From: Bacteroidota bacterium
GTDB taxonomy: Bacteria; Bacteroidota; Bacteroidia; Flavobacteriales_D; Crocinitomicaceae
Length of the DNA: 64,000 nucleotides
Reading direction: 5' to 3'
Assembly (NCBI GenBank): GCA_041168645.1
Contig: JBEEKM010000002.1
Span: 4,871 to 68,870 of the forward strand
Shown here piece after piece: positions 43,862 to 53,637 of the stretch. Position numbers and translations under genes: made by a program. Under the pieces are notes generated by a model. It searched no databases. It had not been told where the DNA came from and saw only the letters and a list, made by a program, of their open reading frames with translations. Position 1 is the first letter of the stretch, and each line of letters opens with the position of its first letter.

Positions 43862-45085
43862 ATGAAATTCGAGGACTACACTATTGATCAAAGTATAAAA
43901 GACCAACTACAGGTGCTCGGTTTCAAACGACCTACCGATATCCAATACCGTGCCATAAAACACATTCTTGATGGTGAAGATGTCATGGCTGTTGCTCAAA
44001 CAGGTACCGGAAAAACAGCTGCATTTGTGATTCCCGTGCTCAATAAATTGGTCAAATACCATGCAAAAAAGAACTTCAGGGTCAATATCCGTTGCATTGT
44101 TTTGGTGCCTACTCGTGAGCTTGCGCAGCAAATTACCACTGTCTTTGAACAAATAGGCGCGCAAACCAAAGTCAAAGTGATTGGCCTTTTTGGTGGGGTA
44201 GAACAAGAGGCGCAAATTGCTCAATTGCATAAAGGCTCTGAAGTGTTAATTGCAACACCGGGACGTATGTTTGACCTCATTGCCCAAGGGCACCTAGACG
44301 TTTCTGAAGTCCACACCTTGGTGCTTGACGAAGCTGATTTAATGCTCGACCTCGGATTCAATAAAGATATCCACGATATCAAAAAGAAGATTCCTGCCAA
44401 GCATCAAACCTTGTTTTTTACAGCAACCATTAATAAAAAAATAAAGTCCTTGGCTTATGATGTGGTGCGTTCGGCAATCCGAATTCAATTGTCACCACAA
44501 AATCCAGTTTCTAAAAACGTTCATCATGCGGTGGCTTTCATAGAAATGGACGACAAACGTTTTTTTCTAGAAAACATGATACGGGAATACCCCGAGGCGC
44601 GTTTTTTAGTTTTTGCCAGAACCAAAGTTCGTGTAGAGCGCATCGTTAAGGCACTTGAACGCGCTAATTTAAAGGCAGAAGCCTTGCACGGCGGCGTCGC
44701 TCAAAACGAACGCTTTGCTTTACTCGATCGTTTTCGAGCTTCAGAAAATCAAGTACTCATCACAACTGACGTTGCAGCACGAGGAATCGATATTCCAAAT
44801 ATGGAATATGTAGTAAATTACGACTTACCAGATAACCCAGAAAATTACGTGCACCGTTGTGGACGTACCGGGCGTGGTAATGCCTTGGGGCAAGCACTTT
44901 CATTTTGCAGCCCAGATGAAATTCCGTTGTTAGATGCCATTGAAGATTACACGGGTGAAGAAGTATTGCGCTATGAGATTTCTGAAGGCGAATATAAAGC
45001 CATTTTGTTTGATGCCGAAGACCCTAGCCACAATTGGCAAAAACTCATCCAAGAAAACGAAGACCCAGATTTTTGGTTAGATTGA
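43862..45085 (+). CDS. DEAD-box ATP-dependent RNA helicase
   Basis: The Q-motif is GFKRPTDIQ, motif I is AQTGTGKT, motif II is DEAD, motif III is TAT, and HRCGRTGR is also present. The ATG at 43862 gives the normal spacing before the Q-motif. Confidence 0.93.
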   Translation: MKFEDYTIDQSIKDQLQVLGFKRPTDIQYRAIKHILDGEDVMAVAQTGTGKTAAFVIPVLNKLVKYHAKKNFRVNIRCIVLVPTRELAQQITTVFEQIGAQTKVKVIGLFGGVEQEAQIAQLHKGSEVLIATPGRMFDLIAQGHLDVSEVHTLVLDEADLMLDLGFNKDIHDIKKKIPAKHQTLFFTATINKKIKSLAYDVVRSAIRIQLSPQNPVSKNVHHAVAFIEMDDKRFFLENMIREYPEARFLVFARTKVRVERIVKALERANLKAEALHGGVAQNERFALLDRFRASENQVLITTDVAARGIDIPNMEYVVNYDLPDNPENYVHRCGRTGRGNALGQALSFCSPDEIPLLDAIEDYTGEEVLRYEISEGEYKAILFDAEDPSHNWQKLIQENEDPDFWLD

Positions 45086-45181
45086 TGTAAAGTTTTATAT
45101 TAGTATAGTTAATGATGTTTATAATTATTACTAATATTATGCTGCTCAAAATATGCAGTCAATCTTTAAAACCAAAAAAAA

Positions 45182-45745
45182 ATGAAAAAACTAACACTTC
45201 TTTTAATGTTTGCCTTAGGCCTCACGGCTACAAGTTTTGCGCAAACTAAAAAATATCACGGAGTCAGTTTCTATACTGATCTTAAATTAGGCGATGAGAA
45301 TTTAGTATTGAATGGAGCGGGCCTCCGAGAAAAATACTGGATGGATCTCTATGTTGCGGCGCTTTATGTCCCTAAAAAAACCAATGAGGCAGGTAAAGTA
45401 ATTTACAACGATACCGAAATGGCCATTCATATCAAAATCATCTCAAGCAGTGTAACCCGCGAGCGCTTTATTGAATCTGTTAACGAAGGTTTTGCAAGTG
45501 CTACACACGGAAAAGCTACAAAAGAAGAAATCAAAAAGTTCGTTGCTTTCTTCAGTGAGCCGATCAAAGAAGGCGATAAAATCAATTTAGATTATTTACC
45601 AGGCAAAGGTGTTCGCGTCACTAAAAACGGAACCGTAAAAGGAACCATTCCTGGTATCGAGTTCAAAAAAGCACTCTTTTCAATTTGGTTGGGTACACCG
45701 CCAGTTCAAGAAAGCTTGAAAGCAGAAATGCTCGGAAAAGAGTAA
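45182..45745 (+). CDS. chalcone-isomerase-like family protein, secreted
   Basis: It has a signal peptide, and LNGAGLREKYWMDLYVAALYV is the typical chalcone_3 family block. Confidence 0.7.
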   Translation: MKKLTLLLMFALGLTATSFAQTKKYHGVSFYTDLKLGDENLVLNGAGLREKYWMDLYVAALYVPKKTNEAGKVIYNDTEMAIHIKIISSSVTRERFIESVNEGFASATHGKATKEEIKKFVAFFSEPIKEGDKINLDYLPGKGVRVTKNGTVKGTIPGIEFKKALFSIWLGTPPVQESLKAEMLGKE

Positions 45746-45767
45746 GTTCTATCAGCAAAATTTTTCA

Positions 45768-45793
45768 AGACCTCCAGATGGGGGTCTTTTTTT
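45768..45793 (+). terminator. intrinsic terminator after the chalcone-isomerase-like gene
   Basis: AAGACCTCCAGATGGGGGTCTTTTTTT has a roughly 9-bp stem including one G-U pair, and a T7 run. Confidence 0.8.
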
Positions 45794-45862
45794 GTTCAGA
45801 AATACTGACAAAAATTAGTTTTAAATGTAACGCGAGTCACAGTATAGGCCGGTGACCTTTTT

Positions 45863-45870
45863 TAATTTTG
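45863..45870 (+). promoter_or_regulatory. candidate -7 promoter box (distal) for the 45948 gene
   Basis: TAATTTTG lies 77 nt upstream of ATG 45948. Confidence 0.3.
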
Positions 45871-45918
45871 CAATGGAAAGAAAATGTTGTTTTTTCAGGC
45901 TATTGACAAACGCATTTG

Positions 45919-45926
45919 TAACTTTG
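45919..45926 (+). promoter_or_regulatory. candidate -7 promoter box (proximal) for the 45948 gene
   Basis: TAACTTTG lies 21 nt upstream of ATG 45948. Confidence 0.4.
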
Positions 45927-45947
45927 AATTGAAATAAAGAAATTACC

Positions 45948-47360
45948 ATGAAAGTTGAACAAATATATACCGGATGCTTGGCGCAGGGCGCCTATTATGT
46001 AGTAAGTGAAAACGAAGCGCTTATTATTGACCCACTGCGTGAAACTGCTCCTTATATCCAAAGATTAAAGCAAGATGGTGTTCAACTCAAGTATATTTTT
46101 GAAACCCATTTTCATGCAGATTTTGTTTCTGGGCATCTTGACCTCAGCGAGCAAACGGGTGCAATAATTGTTTATGGCCCCACTGCAAATCCTGAATTTG
46201 AGGCACTCATTGCTCAAGATGAGCAAGTTTTTCAGATTGGCAAGATTCAAATCAAAGCCTTGCACACACCAGGTCACACCATGGAAAGCACTACTTATTT
46301 GCTTATCAACGAAGCGGGTAAGGAAGAAGCTATTTTTTCTGGCGACACCCTTTTCTTGGGTGATGTTGGTCGACCTGACCTTGCACAGAAGGCTGCGGAC
46401 ATGACTCAAGAACAATTGGCGGGTATGCTTTATGAATCACTCATGACCAAGATCATGCCTTTGGCAGATGATATTACTGTTTACCCTGCACACGGAGCTG
46501 GTTCGGCTTGCGGCAAAAACATGATGAAAGAAACCGTAGACACCTTGGGTAACCAAAAGAAAATGAACTATGCGCTCAATCAACCAAATAAAGAGGCCTT
46601 TATTGCAGCAGTTACTGATGGTTTGTTGCCGCCTCCAGCATATTTTGGTTTCAATGTGGCCATGAACAAAAAAGGCTATGATAGTTTTGCGGCAGTAAAA
46701 GCCCGTGCTTTAACGCCATTAACTGCCGCTGCCTTAGAAACTCTTGTTGAATCGACCGGAGCATTAATCTTGGATACGCGCACACCTGCTGAATTTCACA
46801 AAGGTTTTATTCCTCAGGCTATTAATATTGGCATCAAAGGAGATTTTGCCCCTTGGGTAGGAGCGCTCATTGGCGATGTTCAACAACAAATTGTACTCGT
46901 TACAGAACCAGGATCTGAAGAAGAAGTCATTACGCGTTTAAGTCGTGTTGGCTTTGATCAAGTATTAGGATATTTAGAAGGTGGTTTTGATGCTTGGAAA
47001 GCAGCAGGCCTCGAAGTTGATCAAATAGACCGCATTTCACCTGAAGAATTCGCTTCAAGGTTTGAAGCAGGAAAATCTATGGTCATTGACGTGCGTAAAG
47101 AAGGTGAATATGAAGCTGAGCACGTGGAAGACGCCTATAGCAAGCCACTTGCTTACATCAATGCCTGGACCAAAGATCTGCAGCCAGACCAGCACTTTTT
47201 CATGCACTGTGCAGGTGGATACCGCAGTATGATAGCCGCATCCATTTTACAAGCCCGAGGATACCGAAATTTTACGGAAGTGGATGGAGGTTTCAATGCC
47301 ATAGCTAAAACTGAAGTGCCCAGAACAAATTTCATTTGCCAAAGCAAGATTTTAAAATAG
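45948..47360 (+). CDS. persulfide-dioxygenase-like MBL domain fused to two rhodanese domains (CstB-like)
   Basis: The MBL motif is ETHFHADFVSGH ... HTPGHT. The first rhodanese-like domain has no Cys (VLVTEPGSEEE), and the second has the active-site loop HCAGGYRS. Confidence 0.8.
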   Translation: MKVEQIYTGCLAQGAYYVVSENEALIIDPLRETAPYIQRLKQDGVQLKYIFETHFHADFVSGHLDLSEQTGAIIVYGPTANPEFEALIAQDEQVFQIGKIQIKALHTPGHTMESTTYLLINEAGKEEAIFSGDTLFLGDVGRPDLAQKAADMTQEQLAGMLYESLMTKIMPLADDITVYPAHGAGSACGKNMMKETVDTLGNQKKMNYALNQPNKEAFIAAVTDGLLPPPAYFGFNVAMNKKGYDSFAAVKARALTPLTAAALETLVESTGALILDTRTPAEFHKGFIPQAINIGIKGDFAPWVGALIGDVQQQIVLVTEPGSEEEVITRLSRVGFDQVLGYLEGGFDAWKAAGLEVDQIDRISPEEFASRFEAGKSMVIDVRKEGEYEAEHVEDAYSKPLAYINAWTKDLQPDQHFFMHCAGGYRSMIAASILQARGYRNFTEVDGGFNAIAKTEVPRTNFICQSKILK

Positions 47361-47388
47361 GTCTCGACGTATAGCTGAACTTACTTAA

Positions 47389-49011
47389 ATGCGCCAACAT
47401 CACTTCGGAATTCAATATTTTGTGCTTTGCGTGGCGTTTTTCTCAACGCTACACACCCTAGTAGCTCAAACCACTAATTTCCCATACGAAATCCGTCTAA
47501 AAGCTGACTCTATTCAAGGCTTTGACGGCTTACATGCTTTTGCTTGGGGGCAAAGAGGGAGTAAGTTGGTGTTGATTGGTGGTAGACCAGACGGCATGCA
47601 TGCGCGCCAGCCTTTTAATGCTTTTCCGGCAAGTCAGAATAATCAGCAAATTCAGGTCATTGATTTAAATACTAAAGAAATTTGGACGCGTTCTTTGCAA
47701 GAATTGGCAATACCGCTGCAAGAGCAGTTGCAAAGTACCAACATGAATTTTTATCAGGATGGAAATGAGCTCATTCTCACCGGAGGTTATGCTTATAGTA
47801 ATACAGCCAATGATCACATTACTTTTCCTTACCTAACGAGAATTAATTTAGATGGCTTGATTTCGGCTTTCATGTTAAATCAGCCCATAAGTCTGTTTTT
47901 TGAGCAAATACAAGACGAGCGTTTTGCGGTTACTGGCGGAAATTTGGCAAAAATCGGTGCGCAATATTATTTAGTGGGTGGTCATCGTTTTGATGGGCGA
48001 TACAACCCGATGAACAACCCAACTTTTGTTCAAACCTATGTTGATGGACTCAAAAAATTCGAGCTCAGTGCCCCAGGAAGTCCATTAACGGTGTCTAATT
48101 ATCAGTTAGTTACTGATCAAATCAATTTGCACCGCCGCGATTATAACCTGTTGCCTCATATTTACCCCGATTCAAGTTTTGGTTACCTGATCTCTTCAGG
48201 CGTATTTCAACTCAATGCGGATCTTCCGTTTTTATATCCGGTAGAAATTCATCCGACTTCACATGTAGCCGTCAATGGTTTTAGCCAGTATCTCAGCAAT
48301 TACCATTCGGCTAAATTCAGTGCTTATGATGCAAGTACTTCTTCTATGCATCATATTTTTCTTGGCGGAATTAGTCAGTATTATTATCAAAATGGCACAC
48401 TGATTAATGATCCAAATGTCCCTTTCGTCAAGACAATTAGCCGACTGAGCCAAGCGCCCGATGGATCTTTTCACGAATATGTGCTCAATCAGGAAATGCC
48501 TGCCTTATTAGGCGCTAGTGCTGAATTTATTCCTAAAGAAGACCTTCCATTTTACAATCATGAAATCATCGATTTAAATGCACTCGCCCCCGATTCAGTG
48601 CTCATCGGATATTTGGTGGGCGGCATCAAAAGCACAGCACTGAATCCGTTCACCCAAAATAATACGGCCCAAACAAGCGCCAATGCCATTTTCTATGAAG
48701 TTTGGCTCAAGCAAAGTGCTGCTGGTTCAATTGAAGTGCCCGAACAGAACGCTTCTATTCATGTTACTATTTTTCCTAATCCGGCCAGTGCTCAACTTAA
48801 TCTTGATTTCAATCTAACTCAGAAAGCAAATGTTGAGTTATTTATATCGGATCAGCAGGGTAAGTTGGTGCATGAAGTTTATTATGAAAAGGTAAAAAAT
48901 GCGAAGAAGGTTATAGACATTAAAGGTCTAGGTCTTGTATCAGGCACTTATACACTTCAATTTATTTTAGACGATCAGCATACGCTAACAAAAACCATTC
49001 AAATCCAATGA
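47389..49011 (+). CDS. secreted Kelch-like beta-propeller protein with a T9SS type-A C-terminal sorting domain
   Basis: It has a signal peptide and repeated GG-containing blades (LIGGRPDG, LTGGYAY, LVGGHRFDG, FLGGISQY, LVGGIKS). The C-terminus is IFPNPASAQLNLDF...GTYTLQFILDDQ...IQIQ. Confidence 0.7.
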   Translation: MRQHHFGIQYFVLCVAFFSTLHTLVAQTTNFPYEIRLKADSIQGFDGLHAFAWGQRGSKLVLIGGRPDGMHARQPFNAFPASQNNQQIQVIDLNTKEIWTRSLQELAIPLQEQLQSTNMNFYQDGNELILTGGYAYSNTANDHITFPYLTRINLDGLISAFMLNQPISLFFEQIQDERFAVTGGNLAKIGAQYYLVGGHRFDGRYNPMNNPTFVQTYVDGLKKFELSAPGSPLTVSNYQLVTDQINLHRRDYNLLPHIYPDSSFGYLISSGVFQLNADLPFLYPVEIHPTSHVAVNGFSQYLSNYHSAKFSAYDASTSSMHHIFLGGISQYYYQNGTLINDPNVPFVKTISRLSQAPDGSFHEYVLNQEMPALLGASAEFIPKEDLPFYNHEIIDLNALAPDSVLIGYLVGGIKSTALNPFTQNNTAQTSANAIFYEVWLKQSAAGSIEVPEQNASIHVTIFPNPASAQLNLDFNLTQKANVELFISDQQGKLVHEVYYEKVKNAKKVIDIKGLGLVSGTYTLQFILDDQHTLTKTIQIQ

Positions 49012-49601
49012 AAGAATTCTGGGACGAACGCTATAAAGAAGAAGTCTATGCTTACGGGCAAGAACCTAATGATTTTTTAAAGGCACAAAAATTTGGTAGT
49101 GGTTTAAATGTACTCTGCCTAGCAGAAGGAGAGGGCCGAAATGGAGTTTACCTAGCCAGTTTGGGAAATGACGTTACTTGCATTGACTATTCAGAGGCAG
49201 GCCTTGAAAAAACAAAGCAATTGGCAATTTTAAAAGGTCAAGAGGTATCATGTATTTGTGAGGATTTGTCCGATGTTGAACTTGAACCTTTGAAGTGGGA
49301 TCTTATCGTAGGAATTTTTGCGCATTTTCCGCCGAACGTCAAAAAGCATATTTGGCCACAAATTTCAAATGCTCTCAAACCAGGTGGCCGACTCGTTATG
49401 GAAGTTTACGATCTCGAACAGCTGCGTTTTGGCACGGGTGGCCCTCAACAAGAAGCCTTGCTCTATAGTAAAGAAGAATTAGTCGAATTGCTTGGCAACG
49501 CTTTTTCTTCTTTGCAAATTGATAAAGTCTATCGAGAAGTGAAGGAGGGGACCTATCATAACGGCGCCTCTGCTACCTTGCAAATCATCGCCGTAAAGTA
49601 A
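49008..49601 (+). CDS. class I SAM-dependent methyltransferase
   Basis: Motif I is VLCLAEGEGRNGVYLA and the post-I motif is VTCIDYS. It is 197 aa, and its start overlaps the upstream stop (ATGA). Confidence 0.75.
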   Translation: MKEFWDERYKEEVYAYGQEPNDFLKAQKFGSGLNVLCLAEGEGRNGVYLASLGNDVTCIDYSEAGLEKTKQLAILKGQEVSCICEDLSDVELEPLKWDLIVGIFAHFPPNVKKHIWPQISNALKPGGRLVMEVYDLEQLRFGTGGPQQEALLYSKEELVELLGNAFSSLQIDKVYREVKEGTYHNGASATLQIIAVK

Positions 49602-49620
49602 AATAAAGCCCAAACTTTAC

Positions 49621-49628
49621 TAGTTTTG
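49621..49628 (+). promoter_or_regulatory. candidate -7 promoter box for the 49707-53637 operon
   Basis: TAGTTTTG lies 78 nt upstream of ATG 49707. Confidence 0.35.
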
Positions 49629-49706
49629 AAAAGAACTTGCGTTAGAGTTTCAATTGGCTAGCATGCTAAGTTTATTGAAAACCTAAAAAAGTAAGCAAAC
49701 AAAACT

Positions 49707-51623
49707 ATGAAACGCCGCGCGCTACTTTATCTTATTTTTTTCTCGATTGCGGTCTTTGCGCAAGATAACTGTGACTTCAATCCGCAGTATAAGAAAGGAG
49801 GGCTGTACTTGTTCTCGACTTTTTTTGAAGATCCTTATATGCATAAGGTCCGTGAAGGAGTTTGCCAGACTCTGCATTTGGGAAAAATATATGAGCGCCG
49901 TGTATTTGTCAAGGGAAGGCTTGCTGAAGAAACGATCAATACGTTTGAGGATAAGCCCAGAGTGCGTTCGCAATTTTCTTTGTGGGATGGTGACAGCATT
50001 TTAGTTGTGCAAGATGTTTGGCGCGAAAGCGGTGAGAAGGAATCACATTCGGTTTATTACTTGGACCGTTCGGGCCGACGCTGCATGACTGAAACGCAAT
50101 ATGGAACAGGAGGGAAGAAGCGTTTTGAAAGGTCACTTGCCTGGATACGCTATAACGAGCTCAACGAGTCTGATAAAAGCATGCATCCACCTCATACGGT
50201 GGATGAAGACGGATACACCTATCTTTGTGTACCCTTTGGTACCGAGAAAATATATGATCCTTTTTCTGGCGCCTTAACGCAAGTCCGGACGCATCAACTC
50301 ATCAAGAACGGCTACTATGAAAATAGTTCTTTGCATGGGCCCACCACTGAATATTATGAAAACGGAAAAGTAAAGGCCAAAGGCACTTACAAAAACGGTG
50401 CGCTAGATGGGCTTTTTGAAAAATTCTACCCGGATGAAAAGAAGTTGAGTTCGGGTGCTTATCAAAATGGCGTTCAGATCGGAAAATGGGAAGCATGGCA
50501 TCCCAATGGCAAGCCTTCTTCTGTTTATGTTTACGACCTAGAAAGTGCACATCCGTTTACGCCCAGCAAGAAAGAATGGGCCGATAACGGTCAGTTGACA
50601 CTTGAACAGGTTTTGGATGAAAGCGGCAGTGGTTATCTCAAAGAGTGGACCCCGACAGGAATACTTATTCATGACGTCAATATTTATTTGCTCGACCAGC
50701 ACACTGGTGTCGAAACGTGGTGGTATCCAAATGGGCAATTGCATTGGCGGCGTGATTACCGCAAGGGCCAGGATACAACAATGGTGCAGTTTTACAAAAA
50801 TGGAGACCCAGAAAGACTTGAGGTTTTTAAGGAGGATCGTGCGGGCAGTGCGCGTGAGGTACGCAGGTGGTATGAAGGGAAAATTCAGCAGTCTGTTTTT
50901 TTGACGCAAACGCGCCCAGATGGTTATCAGATGCAAAGTCAAGAAGATTTTTACCCGAGCGGTATCCGAAAAAGCTACGTGCTTTATAAAAATCAAGAAA
51001 GCTTCAAGGAACTTTATGCTGCAAACGGTACTAAAATATTGTACCGCTATACCATTCTCGATTCTCTTGAAGGGCCTTATCAGCGCTTTGATACAACAGG
51101 GGTCTTGCTTTTAGATTACAGGTATCACAAAGGCCTGCGCAATGGTTGGTGCCGCGAATACGATGCCAAAGGAAAACTACAATTTGCACAACACTATCAG
51201 CAGGGGAATCCAGTCAAAGATTCCGAAAATGTAGCTCGTAAGCATCATTTTCAAGCATTAACATCCGACGAGAAAAGAGGGCTTCAATATCTATTTTCGG
51301 CACAACAATATGATTCGATAATTTTCGAACCTGCGCATCTGATGGCGTGTCTTGAACTTTTATATCGGGTTTATCCGGAGGTTTTGGGTACACTTCCTGT
51401 GAATGAGATCCGTTCAGAACTTGATTTTTACCGCCCTATCCGCCTACAATTTCAAACGTATGGGCCTTGCACGGCAATTCATGTCAATAACCATCATCTC
51501 GGAGTCAAGTCATTTTTGATTTACCCGGATATGGAAATTGAACCCTTGCAGCATCTTTTTACCAAGGAGGATTTGCAGACGCAACAACTTCATCATGACA
51601 AATTTGAATTATGGCAAGATTAA
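49707..51623 (+). CDS. large MORN-variant repeat (YwqK-like) protein with a signal peptide
   Basis: The signal peptide is MKRRALLYLIFFSIAVFAQ. Repeats include YYENGKVKAKGTYKNGALDG, GAYQNGVQIGKWEAWHPNGK, WWYPNGQLHWRRDYRKG and RYHKGLRNGWCREYDAKGKL. Confidence 0.7.
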   Translation: MKRRALLYLIFFSIAVFAQDNCDFNPQYKKGGLYLFSTFFEDPYMHKVREGVCQTLHLGKIYERRVFVKGRLAEETINTFEDKPRVRSQFSLWDGDSILVVQDVWRESGEKESHSVYYLDRSGRRCMTETQYGTGGKKRFERSLAWIRYNELNESDKSMHPPHTVDEDGYTYLCVPFGTEKIYDPFSGALTQVRTHQLIKNGYYENSSLHGPTTEYYENGKVKAKGTYKNGALDGLFEKFYPDEKKLSSGAYQNGVQIGKWEAWHPNGKPSSVYVYDLESAHPFTPSKKEWADNGQLTLEQVLDESGSGYLKEWTPTGILIHDVNIYLLDQHTGVETWWYPNGQLHWRRDYRKGQDTTMVQFYKNGDPERLEVFKEDRAGSAREVRRWYEGKIQQSVFLTQTRPDGYQMQSQEDFYPSGIRKSYVLYKNQESFKELYAANGTKILYRYTILDSLEGPYQRFDTTGVLLLDYRYHKGLRNGWCREYDAKGKLQFAQHYQQGNPVKDSENVARKHHFQALTSDEKRGLQYLFSAQQYDSIIFEPAHLMACLELLYRVYPEVLGTLPVNEIRSELDFYRPIRLQFQTYGPCTAIHVNNHHLGVKSFLIYPDMEIEPLQHLFTKEDLQTQQLHHDKFELWQD

Positions 51624-52570
51624 GTGCGCTCTTACTTTTCATCGGGTTGCTTCCAACATGTGTTTTTGCAGATTTGCTACCACCAGAACTCAGACTTTCT
51701 TTAAGGCAAATCAAACGTCAGTCAAATCAGTACATTTTATTAGAATTGGAAATTCGGAATTTTTCTGCCCTTCATGGGAGCATTTTGGTGCCAGGGCATC
51801 CGCAATTGGGTATGGGGCTTTTTGAAGTGTACAGGTACCAAAAAACCGGAACCAATCAATTTCGACTAGATTCAACTTTTTCCTTAGTGCTCAAAGATTC
51901 AGCAACTGTAGATGAAAAGTACATGCAGTTTTGGTCCTTAGCTCCCGGAGAATCTTTTAAGCAATTACTGCGGATTGAGTCGCTATCAACACCAAATGAA
52001 TTCTTCATGGTCAAATATCAACCGCATGTATGTAGAGAGTGGTTTCAATATGCATTTCGTTGGCACGATGAGGAAGGGGAAAGTAAAGAGCCTATTGATG
52101 AAAGCGACCAACGTTTCGCGTATCAAGGGGCTTATTATTCTAACTTACTGGTGGTAGATTCGGGTTTAATACAGGAACCAGTAAAGCCTGCTATTCATCG
52201 ATTTTCAACACTTCAGAAAGCAATTTATTTAGAACAATGGGGCAGGGTTGAACGAAAATTAAAGTATCACGTACCTAGATTCACAGATTCGCTTTCTTTT
52301 TATCCGATACTCAGTAAACAGCTTTATAGTCAAGCGGTGTTGTCGTCTTTGCCTAGCTATTATCATCAGTATTTAATTGTGGAGACGAAAAGTGGTTTAC
52401 ATTATTTATATTTAGGATATCAACTCGGTAAAATATACCGAGGTCGTGGTTTTTTGGCACAAATAGCGCATCTTTGTGGCGCACGCCGGGTTTTTTGGCG
52501 TACTTCTTCAGTGAATAAGAATCAGTTAAAAGTGTTTAAAGTTCTACCATTTAAAAAACCTAACCTATGA
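51611..52570 (+). CDS. hypothetical secreted protein (ORFan)
   Basis: The signal peptide is MARLSALLLFIGLLPTCVFA. It overlaps the upstream gene by 13 nt and the downstream gene by 4 nt. I recognise no family. Confidence 0.5.
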   Translation: MARLSALLLFIGLLPTCVFADLLPPELRLSLRQIKRQSNQYILLELEIRNFSALHGSILVPGHPQLGMGLFEVYRYQKTGTNQFRLDSTFSLVLKDSATVDEKYMQFWSLAPGESFKQLLRIESLSTPNEFFMVKYQPHVCREWFQYAFRWHDEEGESKEPIDESDQRFAYQGAYYSNLLVVDSGLIQEPVKPAIHRFSTLQKAIYLEQWGRVERKLKYHVPRFTDSLSFYPILSKQLYSQAVLSSLPSYYHQYLIVETKSGLHYLYLGYQLGKIYRGRGFLAQIAHLCGARRVFWRTSSVNKNQLKVFKVLPFKKPNL

Positions 52571-53637
52571 AATTATTTTACGCGCTGATAATACTCGCAC
52601 TTCCTTTACAATTTTTAGCTCAAGAAAATCCAAAGGCCAAAGAAATTGGCGAAGCCATTAAACTCATGGATGCAGGCCAATTTGCAGATAGCCGTTTGAA
52701 ACTGGAGGAGGTGTTGAAGGAAGACCCGAACAATTACGATGCTTGGTATGAATTTGCCTACAGTTATTACATGCAAAAAGATTACAAAAAAGCGGAAGAA
52801 ATCATGCGCAAGCAAACTGAACATCCGCAAGCCACCGACCAGCTTTGGCAAATGATTGGCAATGCCGTAGACTTTCAAGGGAATCCGGAAGGTGCAATTG
52901 CAGCTTATGCAGAAGGCTTAAAAAAGTTTCCGAACAGCGGGCGCCTCTACGTAGAGACGGGCAATATTTATTTGATGCAAAAAAATATGCCACTCGCCAT
53001 TCAGAGTTATGAAAAGGGCATTGAAATGGCGCCTGAATTTTCTTCTAATTATTACCGTTTGGCCAAAATTTATTGTGATTCTGAAGATGAATTGTGGGGC
53101 TTGATCTATGGAGAGCTTTTCATGAATTTGGAGCGAAATACCAAAAGAACCAGAGAAATGAGCGTGTTGTTGTATCAGACTTACCAGAAAGCTTTAGTTT
53201 TTGACAAAGGCACGATTTCCGTGAGTTTTGCAAAATCGATGAGCCCATTTAGTATGGAATTTGAAATGCAAATGGGAATGGCTGCAACGAAATATTTACT
53301 GAACAATAAAAAAGTAGATTTAAATGTTCAAACCCTCCTCGAGCTCAGACAGGAATTCTTGACCAAATGGCAAGCAGCTCCAAAAGCAGCAGCCTACAAG
53401 GTAGTTTTGTTCGATTTTTGGCAGCAACTCAATGATGTCGGCTTTATTGAGCCTTACACCTATTGGTTGTTCAATATGGCACCAGATAACCAATTTGAGA
53501 AATGGCACAAAAAACATGAGTCAGACTTCACCTTTTTTACCAAATGGTACAATCCAAACCCGATTCAAATTACGGCTGAAAATTACTTTTCCAAACAAAA
53601 AATTGGAAACGAAGCTATTATCGAGATTGGAGATTAA
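52567..53637 (+). CDS. TPR-repeat protein with a signal peptide
   Basis: The signal peptide is MKLFYALIILALPLQFLAQ. TPR-like helices include AWYEFAYSYYMQKDYKKAEE, AIAAYAEGLKKFPNSGRLY and AIQSYEKGIEMAPEF. Confidence 0.65.
   Translation: MKLFYALIILALPLQFLAQENPKAKEIGEAIKLMDAGQFADSRLKLEEVLKEDPNNYDAWYEFAYSYYMQKDYKKAEEIMRKQTEHPQATDQLWQMIGNAVDFQGNPEGAIAAYAEGLKKFPNSGRLYVETGNIYLMQKNMPLAIQSYEKGIEMAPEFSSNYYRLAKIYCDSEDELWGLIYGELFMNLERNTKRTREMSVLLYQTYQKALVFDKGTISVSFAKSMSPFSMEFEMQMGMAATKYLLNNKKVDLNVQTLLELRQEFLTKWQAAPKAAAYKVVLFDFWQQLNDVGFIEPYTYWLFNMAPDNQFEKWHKKHESDFTFFTKWYNPNPIQITAENYFSKQKIGNEAIIEIGD

Noticed and set aside
49657-49666. 10-bp palindrome TAGCATGCTA upstream of the 49707 operon, considered as a possible operator
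   Set aside because: Ten-bp palindromes are expected about 60 times per 64 kb by chance. There is no second copy and no adjacent regulator gene.
50538-50996. 152-aa antisense ORF within the MORN-repeat gene
   Set aside because: It lies opposite a gene with clear repeat structure. Long antisense ORFs arise easily from codon bias, and it has no promoter box or signal features.
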